A stretch of DNA of 64,000 nt from Lama glama (lineage: Eukaryota): contig CM052832.1 in NCBI GenBank assembly GCA_028534125.1, positions 23,562,001-23,626,000 of the forward strand, in the 5' to 3' direction. This document shows, one piece after another, positions 39,050-50,893 of this stretch. Position 1 is the first letter of the stretch. Each line of letters begins with the position of its first letter. The translations under genes and the position numbers were made by a program. The notes under the pieces were generated by a model. That model was not told the DNA's origin. It worked only from the letters and a program-made list of their open reading frames with translations, and made no database searches.

Positions 39050-41093
39050 GTACTGTCAGCCTGGTGCTCCCTGTGTTCCAGGCTCCCCGGCTTATGGTGT
39101 CTGAGTGCTGAGGACGTGCTCACTTGCAGCTCATCTCCGTGTGGTTGAAGGGCACCTTCTCTGTGCTAAGCACCGTGGGGGCCGCAGGAGTGTAGCACAA
39201 GGCTGTGTCCCAGGTCCTGGCAGTGGAGGAAGCAGGCAGTTAAGGGAGAGGTCCTGCCACTGCCTAATTGTTTGCTTCTGTCAGTCAGTTGCCCTTGAGC
39301 CCAGATCTCTTCCGATGTGAAATCCTAAGAACCAAGTGTGCTGTTTTGATGAACCTTGTAGATTATATTCCCACTGGGCCTTGCCATTTTCAGAGAAGTC
39401 AGTTCTCTGTCACCTCCTCACTAAATCATAGAAGGCAAGATGATCAAGAATAATTAAACATAAGGAATAATTCAGAAGTCTCCTTCTATGTTTTCATTTA
39501 TATCAGCTGCTGACAGGGAGCAATATCAATAATTTTGCATTGTTACCTTCTTTCCTGGGCTTTACTCAGACTTTAATAACCATACTCCCTTCTGAATAGC
39601 TGTTGCCGGGTGAGGCTCTGTCTCATTGAATAGATATTAGGACTGAGATGGAAGCCAAGCGCCTTGACTTCACTCACATGCTTCTGCATGCTGGGGCTCG
39701 GATGTGCACCTAAGGCTTCTCAGTTCACATTCCTTCATACCACTCTCTTCTGACTCCACAAACAAAAAGAAGTCAAAGCCAGGGATCTGAATACTCCATT
39801 TACTGGTGATCGTGGAGTGGCATTGTAAATATTTGTTTACATGTCTTTCTCTTCTTCCGGGCTATGGGCTCCTAAAGTGCAGGATGCTGTGTTTTATTAA
39901 TTTTCTTTTTGTCTCTAACCCCTAATACAACACTGATACTGGAAAGGACTTAACACAATGCCTTGCCCGTCACTAAGTGCTCGATAAATGTTGCTATTTT
40001 TGTTATGATCATCATTATAATCATCACTGAGTGCATCAAGCATAATTTTTGTTACTGATGCCAAGAAGGGCAGCAGAACACCAGAGACACCAAAATGCTG
40101 ATAAACTTTGACGAGAGTCATGATCCTAGGAGGAAAGTGTAAAGGCTCTGAAATTTGTTTTTAGGAGGATGATCTCTGGCCTCCCTCTTGTCTCTGAATC
40201 TGCATTTTTACTGTGACAGGTCAGGCAGCCAGAACAGTGCCTGGCCAAAGGGTAGAGAAGAGGAGCCACAGCAGGTTCACCTAGAATTTTCATGTGTGTC
40301 CCTTGGAACCCAGCACTAAATGTCCCTCTCGGGCTCTGTGAACACGGAGACCCAGGCATACTCAGCCAGCCTCCAGATCGTCACCACGTCAACTTCTTGT
40401 CCGAACGAGAGTTACACTCTACAGGGGCTCTTGTTACTCTAGGGTGTCAAAGCACATTGTGGCCAAGTAAAGTCCCCCCGCCTAGATTTCTCAGGCTGCA
40501 TAGATCTATATTTAGACCCCTAAATTATTCTCACTGAGCAAACTCAGTGAAATTACTGCCCTTTTCACCAGATGTCCTGTTTCCAAGTGAGTAATAAATA
40601 TGCTTAGATTTATTACCATCTCTGAGAAAAGTAGTTTAAATGGCCCGGACTGAAGTTTTAAAATAAATGAGAAGAATCTCCACCTTTCCTGGTAAGTTAG
40701 TATAACTGGAATGTGTGTGTTGGTGATGGGTGTTGATCTCTGTCTGATTGAGAAAGAAATCTACTTCAGTCATTTGTTCTTGCACTTTTCTGTTTTGAAG
40801 ATGACCTTTAGCATCTTTTAGGTCTTTAAATATGAAATTTAAGTATGATGGATAAAATTACTCTGTGATGATTTGTATCAGTTTAATTCAGGGCATTGGA
40901 ATTTCTTTTTCTCCTTTAAAAAGTTACTTTCATTTCATTTGATTAATACAGGTCTAAAACCCCTCCGACAGTGTGTGGCTTAATTGCTTCCAATACACTG
41001 TTGGTAACCGCTTAAGAAGGACAGTAAGGGGTTGTCTTGTATATAATGATGGAAAAAATTAGAAAATCAGGTATCTCTGCTTTCATTTTAAAG

Positions 41094-41204
41094 GCTATGA
41101 AGGCCCCTGAACTGAAGGAGAAGCTGGAAGAGTCTGAAAAGCTGATAAAAGAACTAACAGTGACTTGGGAGGAGAAGCTGAGGAAAACAGAAGAAATTGC
41201 ACAG
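41094..41204 (+). CDS. KIF13A: KIF13A exon (~12): AMKAPELKEKLEESEKLIKELTVTWEEKLRKTEEIAQ (CC1)
   Basis: ttttaaag| ... |gtagct, 111 nt; TWEEKLRKTE kinesin-3 CC1 motif. Confidence 0.95.
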
Positions 41205-41834
41205 GTAGCTTGATAACTTAGGCCTAAAATATTGCGATTCTTTGCATTTGCCATCTTTTCTGTCTCGCCGCTTGTCATCCTCAAAAAGACCTTTGAGGAC
41301 CTCTTTCTGCTGAACCAGAGCCTGCAAAGATCCTTTCCAGACACTGACTTCATTGTCTTTTATCAAGTACAGTTTGGTCCATGTATTTGCTAGAAGTGTT
41401 GGAGAGCACTGGATTTGTGCAGGCGTGGTACAGGAAATGCCTTTAGCGTGTCCTGCTCTTCGCATTTAAACAAAAGTCTGTTCCATGATTTTAGATCACC
41501 TGGCGAAGCATGCAGCTATACCTGATTGGCAGAGACTTTATAACAGACGGCGCATCCTAATTTTTTCAGTGTGTTTGCTTCTTTGGGCTTGTTAGAAAAT
41601 GCTGTATGAACTTTGCTTGAGCTAAAATAGTAAGCAAGGACTAATCTGTAGACACGCGTGAGTATGTGTGTATGATATGAATCTCTACACTGTGCATTTC
41701 ATGAACGTTTTAATCTTATTGACCACTTGTAAGTATTGGACCATCCCAATCAGGTAGCTTGAAATCAGTAGCTGGGGACCTAGTCCAGCCCTCTGCTTGT
41801 ATGTTGCTTGTCGATATCACAGACATACACCTAA

Positions 41835-42050
41835 CTTTCTGTAACTCCTCCATTGCTTTATAGTCACGTCAGAGCACTTAACACCACTGGAAATTCTGTA
41901 TTTTACATGGCTGTTTTTTTTTATGGTCTGTCTTCTTCCACTAGAATATAAGTTTGCATGAAAGAAGGAACTGAAGTTTTTTGTTGCTGTGTTCCCAGCC
42001 CTAGATCAGTACCTAAATACATACTTATTTCTTGAATAAGTGAATGAATT
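41835..42050. mobile_element. L2 3' end remnant
   Basis: ccactagaatataagttt..catgaaag...gccctaga..agtacct...ttgaataagtgaatgaat. Confidence 0.55.
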
Positions 42051-42645
42051 CAAGGTCCTCTGCAATAGGAACCCAGCCTGCTCTTCCAGCCCCATTTCCC
42101 ACTACTTTCCCACATTTACTAGGGGTTCTTGACCCCTGAAACCATCCAGTATGCCCAGAGTCTTTTCTCTGCTCTCCTATGCCCTTCCCCAAGAACACTC
42201 TGCCCTTAACCTTGCTGCTCCCCTAGTTCTTCCTGTTGAAATTCTTTTTATGCTTCAAGAACCGTCTCAAGTGTATTCTCTTCCTGAAGTCTTTCTTGAA
42301 CTCTTAACCCATCACAGTCTCTCTCCTTTGAAGCCCTGCGGCACATTGTTTCTCCCCAGTGGCACAGGGCTCTCCTCTTTAGATTCACTTGTGTGGTCTT
42401 ATCCCCTCCACTGGACTGTAAGCCCCTTAAGGGCAAGATGGTGTCTGGTTCACTCTTGGTGCCCCTAAGACACCAACAGAAGATGTCGTGCATTTCAGGC
42501 TCTCAGTAAAGCTGGTTGAGCTGAATAGAATGTGTAATTTCATTGGCATTGTCCCCAGAAACAGTGACTTAAGCTTTCCATGGATACAACTCATGAATAG
42601 AGCAACAAATAGAGCTTCCCTGCTTTTGTCTGTTTTTGTGCACAG

Positions 42646-42780
42646 GAGAGGCAACGACAACTTGAAAGTATGGGGATTTCCCTGGAGACTTCTGGTATCA
42701 AGGTGGGGGATGACAAGTGCTACTTAGTCAACCTAAATGCAGACCCTGCTCTCAATGAACTTCTGGTTTATTATTTAAAG
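42646..42780 (+). CDS. KIF13A: KIF13A exon (~13): ERQRQLESMGISLETSGIKVGDDKCYLVNLNADPALNELLVYYLK
   Basis: gtgcacag| ... |gtaagt, 135 nt; LVNLNADP..ELLVYYLK motif before the FHA domain. Confidence 0.96.
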
Positions 42781-44082
42781 GTAAGTGAATATATTAATGG
42801 ATAGTTGCAACCCAGATTCATTCCTGTACGATTTCCACTTGAGTCTGGATGCCTGTCTCTATGATTTTGCTTCTTGTACCCAGCTTTGCCCTCATGAAAA
42901 GAGAGAGGGTTAGTAGTATCATCAGGTTACCCTTGGGAGTGAAAGCCAGCTATTTTGTGTCATCCTGGCACTGTGCAGTTGGGCTGATTTCCTGTGCAGG
43001 CATCAGAGGGGCACGAGTGAGCAGCTGAGGGTGTGAGGGGGGTCCCTGGTGATAGCAACAAGGATCCTGAGACGCTCTGGAGAGTCACCATTATGCTTCT
43101 GAGTAATTCTAAGGAGATCTCAAGATGGGAACAAGCCTAAAGCAGACTCTTGTGGTAGATTAGACAGCCAGGGTTCTTCCATGGCCATCCCTTCTAAACC
43201 TGCATCCTCAGGAAATAACTTTTGGTCCCATAAACACCCTTCAAATGTGGAGATGGGGTATAGCCTTTTGGATGTGGCCCTCGGGCCTCAGGGTGATACC
43301 ACTGACATCACTGCAGAGTGTACTGCTGCAGGTCTCAGCTGCTTTGTCAAGGATTCTGACCTGCCTGGTGACTCTACAGAATGCAGTGGAGAATAAGCTA
43401 GAGTTGAAGAAAGTATCCTCAGTCTTCTGTCATCGTTTCTATTCTGTTTTCTCCAGAGACAAACAGGAAACAACTAAGTAACCCCTGGTTTATTCAGAGG
43501 CCACTAAGGGACTTAAGGATCTGTTCATCTAGGAAGTGGTGACGGGGTCAGGAATTGTTCTGAAGTCTTAATTTTGAAAGACCAAACCTTATACTTTCTC
43601 TGTTGAATAAGGAAGTATTATTATCATACTGACTTGATGATTTTTAGAGCAACAGAACAAACAAAGGGGAGGAGTGGTGGGCTTGAGTCATGAGAGTCAC
43701 AGTGCTCGTACATCTGGGGTTTGAGGTACTTAAAGTCATGCCAATGTGTACATTGTAGAACCCGCAGGCTTCAGTACCATGTAAAACAGTATTTAGAACT
43801 CAGCTCAACCTTTGTTACCATTTTAAAAGTTATATATTTGAAAATAGGACTTTCCATGAAACTACTTTTAGAGGTTCTTGAATTTATCCAGCTGTTTTCA
43901 AAGCACTTTCACTGGTAACTCGGGTGATCCTTGAAAGAATTCTGTTTATTAGATCAAATTAATAATATTGTCCTGGTTTTGCCAAAAAAAAAAAAAAAAG
44001 GGAAAGAGAGAGAAAGAAGTTGTGAAATGGCTTGACCACGGTCACAATAATACTAAGTCTGTCAAGGTAAGATTGGAGCTCA

Positions 44083-44226
44083 TGCGGGGAGGAGGCTATA
44101 GCTCAGTGTTAGAGTGCTTGCTTAGAATGTACAAGGTCCTGGGTTGAATCCCCAGGACTTCCATTAATAAATAAATAAGTAAACCTAATTACCACCCCCC
44201 CAATTTTTTTTTTAATTAAAAAAAAA
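44083..44226 (+). mobile_element. tRNA-derived SINE (Vic-1-like)
   Basis: head gctatagctcagtgttagag...; perfect TSD attggagctca (44072-44082 / 44227-44237). Confidence 0.88.
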
Positions 44227-44523
44227 ATTGGAGCTCAAAGTGTTCTGCTGTCGAGTCTGGTTTCTTTATATTTTAAAACAATAGCTAATCCCTATTGATT
44301 GGGTTTCTTCTTTCTTTCTTTTTTTCCTGTAGTGTTTAAATGTATTTTAAATTTAGTGTATTAAGGTAAGCTTTTGAATTCCGATGCGCTGGGTCTCGCA
44401 TCTCCTGTCTGATTCATCTAATACTATCATGCATATGCTGCTGGGTTATTCAAATTGATTGTGATACATTTTTGCTGAGCTACTTGTCAGTGTACGTTTT
44501 TTTCTTTAATGGTCTGTTTCCAG

Positions 44524-44654
44524 GACCATACCAGGGTGGGAGCAGACACCTCTCAGGACATCCAGCTCTTTGGGATAGGAATTCAGCCTGAGCACTGTGA
44601 AATTGATATCGCTTCTGATGGAGAGGTCACCCTCACTCCAAAAGAAAATGCGAG
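44524..44654 (+). CDS. KIF13A: KIF13A exon (~14): DHTRVGADTSQDIQLFGIGIQPEHCEIDIASDGEVTLTPKENA(R) (FHA domain)
   Basis: tgtttccag| ... |gtaaga, 131 nt; FHA QDIQL.G..I...HC motif. Confidence 0.96.
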
Positions 44655-45849
44655 GTAAGAGAAGTAAACGACTACTTAACATATCTTATTTGAAAATATA
44701 TGAAAATTAGTGTCTCGTTTTCAGGAATAGACTGGCCCTTTCTATCTGTTTGCTCAGTTGTACCAAAAGTAGGGCCATACTGGATTCTCGAGGATTTGCT
44801 TTCTGTTTGCAGAGCGCTGTGTGAGCAATATTTAGAGAACTGGCCTCAGAGTAGCTGATTCTGCCTTGACTGGCTGGGTGACCTTAGATAAGATACTTCT
44901 TTTATCTAATCTTCAATTCCATCTTGTGATAAATGGGGCTAATATAGACAAAACATGTAAATCACTTGGCTCTGTGCCTGACATACAACTACTGAATAAA
45001 GTTAGTTGTTGTTACCCAGGGTAATGTATTGTTTAAAAAGCAGTTATTCAGATAACTTCATTGTACGAAAAATTCCTAAACTGGGCTATAGTATGTAAAA
45101 ATTTGAGAATTGACAGGATAATATATTTTTAATGATGTCTTGAATTATTTTATAATCAAGTATAAAGTGAAGTCCTAAAACAGTATTCATTAATGCACAA
45201 CATTATAATTCAGAACATACATTTTTATGAAGAGAACTACATTCATTGCAAATTATTCTGTTAATATCAGCCATAGACACTTCTAAGTGATGAAAAACTG
45301 AGACTAACAATAATAGCATGTGTGATTCATGGAATTTGTAAGCTTTGTGTTGTATGATATATTGTTAAGATATTTAATGGTCAAATCATACTATTCCTTA
45401 ATTTTTTACTTATTCCAAGTTCAAATAGAATTTAGCTTTATGCTGTATCCTTCATTAGAAACTCTGGATTTTTTTTCATGCTCTTTTTATAAACTTGACA
45501 GATAAAATACATACATACAACATGGTAATTTGATAATACTCTTTTTTAACACTATATCTAAAAATGATTTTATTCGGTAGATTTCCTCATACCCAATTTT
45601 AATTCCATGTCTTTTTACCCTGCTCTTCCTCCTTCCCCAGCCTGCCCAGTTTCCTCCTTTCCTATGACCTCAGGCTAGTGGTTGGTTCATACATTCAGTA
45701 TACTTCGCTCCAGGCTCTGTGCTGGGAATGCTCAAGTATGGTAATGCAAAGCCTGGTGGAGAAGGTATAGAAGTAATAATTATGACACAGGAAGATAAGT
45801 GCTTTTTCCAAAGTGATCTTTATAACCTGCAAAGCTGATCAGTGTAAAA

Positions 45850-46620
45850 GTATCTGGGTTTGCAGGACTGGAGGAAGGGAGATTGTTTAGGATACTGTTA
45901 TGATATTGTCATGGGAACACAGCAAGTAGCAAAAGAAGTGAAGAACAAAATGTATTTCAGAATTATCTGAGAATCAGCAAAGTTTAATGATGTGCATGGA
46001 GACGGGATGGAAATTTCACTTAGTAAAAGAAAAGGAGAAGTCAGCAATGATCGCAGATTTCTGTCTTGAGAGACTGGATGAACAATGGTACTACTAAATC
46101 AAAATAAGGAATTCAAGAGGAGGAACAGGTTTGGAGGATGATAGGTAATGAATGGTAATGAGTTCGCTTTGGGATACTTTGGATTTGAGGCATCTTTGGA
46201 ACATCAATGTGAAGATTTCCAGTTGCACATTGGATTTAGGGCTGTAGAGCTGCACACTAAAGATGTACAACTGGTCATTGTCAGTGTTGCCTGTGTTGGA
46301 AGTGGATCTGGAGTGTATAGTGAAAGGGTTAAACCAATGTTATAGGGATAGTCTGAAGACCAGCCATTGAGGAGGCTGAGACAAGGGAGTCAGAGAGGCA
46401 GCGGATGCAGGATAAAATGATGGATGGAATCCAAGGGAAGAGAACATTTAAAGAAGAGGTCAAAATAGCAGCTAAAGGGATTCAATGGAATATAGCAATC
46501 AGGAAGACATGAGCAACCATGAGATGCTTAGGTGCATGCGGGTGTGGATATGGAAGGAAAAGATGCAAAGAAGAAAGAATGGGAGGTGAGGAAGTGGGCC
46601 AAGAATCTTGGATGTGAAGG
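45850..46620. mobile_element. L2 internal remnant
   Basis: gatttctgtcttgagagactggatgaacaatggtac...atgagttcgctttgggatac..tttgaggcatctttggaacatcaatgtgaagat. Confidence 0.5.
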
Positions 46621-47397
46621 TGGAAATGGGATTGGAGACACAGCAAGAGCAGGACATGGGGTTAAGAAGGGATAGTCATTATTTCTTCAAACCTATCTGA
46701 AGTCCACCAATTCCCTCTCATGTTTTATCTGTGCTTAACCATTCTATTGAGTTTTAAATTTTGTGTCTCTGTTTTTCACTTGTAGAAGTTTAGGAAGTCC
46801 TTTTTTGGATAGGCCTGGTCTCTATTGGTAAAGTCTTGATTTTACTCCATTGTGTGTTTTAATAATTTTATTTTTACTTATTTTGTTACCTTTGTTTGAA
46901 AACTGTTCTCTGAAGTTGTTGGAGCTTCAATCCAACTGTTTGTTTTATCTGTTGATAACTGTGCTTCCTAAAGCAGGTCACGATTCTTTAGGTGTGTTCA
47001 TCTTCAGCAGTTTATCTGTAGGAGTCTGGTGGCCTGGCTGAGGCTGCATAAATTCCTGCAAAGAGGTTTTATATTTGCTTCTTCCAAGTACCCCAGGCAT
47101 GTGTCCAACTAGAAATTACTTTTTAATGCTGATTTCTTGGCTTGGGTACATTACCAAACCAGGCAATTTCCGTAACTTTTTCTTTTTATATTATGGTAAT
47201 AAGAGCATACTAAATGGCAAAGTGATTTGTTTATATGTGTGTTCAGGGTTGTGTGTGTGTGTGTGTATGTGTGTAAGCACCTAGATAGGGGTCCTCTAAA
47301 GATACAAATGATCATAAAAATTATTTATATGTAAGAGAGGTGAAGCTTATTAGATTCTTCTCTGATTTGCTCTGTTTTTAGTTTTGTTCTAGAATAT

Positions 47398-47535
47398 CAC
47401 TGCCCAGTAGAACTTTCTGAGATTATGAAAATGTTCTGTGTCTGCTGTGCCCACTTTGGTAGCTGCTACCAAGAAATGGTGCTCTTGAGAATTACCATAT
47501 GGCTCGTGAGAATGAGGAACTGAATTTTTTAAATT
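47398..47535. mobile_element. MER3-like hAT MITE fragment
   Basis: ctgcccagtagaactttctgagattatgaaaatgttctgtgtctg...gaggaactgaattttt. Confidence 0.6.
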
Positions 47536-47786
47536 ATAATTCAGAGTTTAAAATAATAAAGAACACTGAGTGACACATTTTTACTGTTGATCATACTGCT
47601 ATTCTTAGAATTTCTGGGGAGCTTTTTAGATACCTTAATAAACAATGGGAAAATATTTTCCTTAAAAACTGACTATTGAATGTTTGGTTTTTAGGTAGAA
47701 AAGATAAGTATTCTAAAAAACATTTTTTTTAAACCCGTTATCATCCTTTTGACAAAAATGTGTGTATGTGTACCTATGTATATATT

Positions 47787-48279
47787 TGTAGTATCAAAAA
47801 ACAAATTTTGAGTAAATTTGAACATCTAATTGGCTTTATTAAATGGTTTGTGAATCATGCAGCATCTCAGGCAAATAGATACTCTGAGGGGTTACACAAT
47901 ATGGAAGACTCATAGTAAGGAGGGTGGGATAAGGTAAGGAAGTCATCAGCATGGGAAAAGTGGAAGTTCATTGGAGGAAAGTAAAAATTCAGGTGACAAC
48001 AGCTTCTCATTGAGCTTCAGCTTCTTAATTGGCTGGGCTTGTTGCTGGGCAGGAAGGAAGACTTGCTCTTGCTGAGACAGTGGTTGCACCTCCTGTGTGA
48101 GAATGCAGGGTAGGTCTCTGCCTGTTGGGGTCAGTGACTGAGGTCTTTCTGTTGGGGTAATGTACATCGTTCTGTTTGTGAATCCATCTAACTGGTGATG
48201 AGTGGTAGGGTGTGGGCATTTCCTCTTCAGGCTTCTTGACTCCAATTTTAGTTGAGGTTTCCTTTTATCAATTTTCACA
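47787..48279 (-). mobile_element. Probable ERV solo LTR
   Basis: TG...CA ends about 490 bp apart, minus-strand AATAAA (tttatt at ~47836), LTR-like composition; no clear TSD. Confidence 0.45.
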
Positions 48280-48790
48280 ATAGACATAGACACGCATATT
48301 TATTTTCATCTCATTTTCCATTTTTGCAGATGAATAAGTCAGTCCATAATTCCAAATAGATGGGAGACAGACTTTTGAAACTTGAGTCAGAATATTGAGA
48401 GTCATTTTTATTGGCAAGAATAAAGCAAGTGTGTTAGTGTAAAATATACACACCAAAGTTTTACCTTGTTTGTGTATGACGGATTAAAAACATTTAAGAT
48501 GGTATTTCCACGGTACTTTTATCAATAAAAACTTAGCCACCAGACTTGAAATATTACTGCAAAGGAATGATTGTTTTCATATGTGAATTCTCCTTATTCC
48601 TAAAGTTTGAGCTTAAGAGTCCCCTAAAGATTAGGAGCCAGATAACGAGAGTATATGAGAAAAGTCACTTATTAAAAACTTAAAACTGAAAATAATGCTC
48701 ATTATTTTTCCCCACCAAACTTTACCTGAGAGTCTTTTAGCAAATTAAACTTTCATTATCCGCTTACTGTTTTGTTTTGCTTTGCTTTTA

Positions 48791-48943
48791 TTATTTTTAT
48801 TTTTTGTTGTTAGGGGCAGGTGATTGGGTTTGTTTGTTTATTTATCTGTCTATTTTTTTATTTAACAGAGGTACTGGGGATTGAACCCATGACCTCCTGC
48901 ATGCTAGACATGCACTTTACCACTGAGCTATATACCCTCCCCT
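48791..48943 (-). mobile_element. tRNA-derived SINE (Vic-1-like)
   Basis: reverse head; TSD tttgctttta. Confidence 0.85.
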
Positions 48944-49419
48944 CGTTTTGCTTTTAAAGGCCAGCAAAATCTCTTTTTTAGGTGAAAGAAACATTTGTAA
49001 GAAGAATAAAATTACCCATGCTAAAATTTCTGGAGGACTTTCCCTCTCCCCCTAAAAAAAGTCACAGTGACAGTGCTTTAACTGTGTCAAAGAATCAGCT
49101 GACACGGTCTTCTAATAAGCAGAAAATCCCATGAAAATCTTGTACAGCGACTTATTTAGGCTACTGAGTTCACAGCCCTTTGATAGCTGGTAAGCTATAG
49201 CAAAGTTGCAATGTAAGGAAAGCTGCACTGTTGAAAGACCACTTCCAAACGTCTGCTGGGCATTGGCTTCTTCATGATTTGTTTCAGACCAGTCCAAGGC
49301 GCATAGACCAACACAAACCCAGAGACACAATGCATGTCATTTTAAATGGTGTGATGTATATAGATGAATACAGAGAATGTCAGAGTTGTCCTCCCCAACC
49401 CTAATCATTTGTTTGTTTG

Positions 49420-49602
49420 ATTGTTTTCAAAGTATAATTGACTTACACTATTGTATTACTTCCAGGTATACAACGTAATGACTTGATAGTTTTATGTACT
49501 GCATAATGATCACTATTAGAGTTACCATCTGTCACTAAAACTCGAATTTTGTACCTCTTAATCCTCTTCACCTATTTCACCCATCTTCTGACCTCCCTTC
49601 CC
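49420..49602 (-). mobile_element. Older L1 3' end fragment (L1MA-like)
   Basis: aagtataattgacttacactattgtatta...caggtatacaac; TSD-like ttgattg. Confidence 0.65.
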
Positions 49603-49671
49603 TTGATTGATTTTATAATTCTTTGGTAGCTGTTTAGGATTTAAATTTACTATTCTTTTTATGTTTTACCC

Positions 49672-50480
49672 CAGTTTTTATTATGGGAAATTTCCAATAT
49701 AAAAAAAGTAGAAAGAATAATATAACAAGCCCTCATATACCTGTCATCCAGCTTCAAAAATGAACACCTCATAGACAGTTTTATTTTTATTTATATGCTT
49801 TCCACATCTCCTGCCTCCTCCCTCCCCTCTGGATTGTTTTAAACAAATTCCAGGTATTATAACTTTGCATCCATAAATATCTCAGCTTGTATCTCTAAAA
49901 GACCAGTATCCTTAAACATAGCTCTGATACCATCACACCTGAAATAATAAACAATAATTCCTTACTAGTCATCTATTGAGTCAGTGTTCAAATTTCCCCA
50001 GTTATCTCATAAAGGTTCTTTTTCAGTTGTTTCTTGGAATCAGGACCCAAATAAGATTCCACCATTGTCATTGATTGTTATGTCTCTAAGGTCTCTTTTA
50101 GCCCGTGGGTCCCCGTTTCTCTCCTCCCCTCCTTTTTTCCTTGCATTTTATTTGAAGAAGACACCTGGTTGTTTCCCATAGTCAGCATTTTGCTCATTGC
50201 ATCCCATGACGTCATTTAGCATCTTCCACTGCCCTGTGTGTTCCTAAATTGGTATTTAGATCTACAAGCTTCATTAGGTTCAGTTCCACAGGCATTGTTC
50301 TCCATCTCCACCAAGAGCACATCGTGTCCAGTCGTCTGTCTTTGAGGGATATTGATGTCCCTTGTTCATCTTTGCCTGGATTGTGTGTTTCAATAGTGGC
50401 TGTAGTTCTGTTATTCCTTCCCTAGGTATTAGTCGAATAAGTCTATTAAGAAAAAGTTCCCCCAGTTATCTCTTTGGCTC
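49672..50480 (-). mobile_element. Ancient L1 3' UTR (L1MC4/5-like)
   Basis: ttttattatgggaaatttccaa...aagtagaaagaataatataacaagccctcatatacctgtcatccagcttc. Confidence 0.6.
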
Positions 50481-50540
50481 CTGGGTCTGGGTTTTGTGCC
50501 TTTTACCATGCTGCTGACACAGCCCCTGGTGTTCCCTCAG

Positions 50541-50627
50541 GTCTTGTGTAAACGGCACCCTCGTGTGCAGCACCACCCAGCTCTGGCACGGGGACAGAAT
50601 CCTGTGGGGAAATAACCACTTCTTCAG
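50541..50627 (+). CDS. KIF13A: KIF13A exon (~15): SCVNGTLVCSTTQLWHGDRILWGNNHFF(R) (FHA domain end)
   Basis: ttccctcag| ... |gtaaca, 87 nt; VNG...L.HGDRILWGNNHFFR motif. Confidence 0.96.
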
Positions 50628-50726
50628 GTAACAGCTTTGTGGTCGCTCATATTTTCACTGATACGTCTTTTGTGTTATCTGAGCGTACACCACGTTGATG
50701 TTCTCTAATGGCGAAAAACCCTACAG

Positions 50727-50893
50727 AATTAATTTGCCTAAGAGGAAACGGCGAGATTGGTTGAAAGACTTTGAGAAAGAAGCGGGCCCCCTAGAGCATG
50801 ACCTGGATGCAGCCAGTGAAGCTTCCTCGGAACCAGACTACAACTATGAATTTGCACAGATGGAAGTTATCATGAAAACGCTGAATAGTAACG
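50727..50893 (+). CDS. KIF13A: KIF13A exon (~16): INLPKRKRRDWLKDFEKEAGPLEHDLDAASEASSEPDYNYEFAQMEVIMKTLNSN
   Basis: cctacag| ... |gtaaga, 167 nt; in frame with its neighbours (ORF 50695..50955). Confidence 0.95.

Noticed and set aside
41012..41465. Antisense ORFs over exon 12
   Set aside because: Shadow of the purine-rich sense exon; low-complexity S/F content
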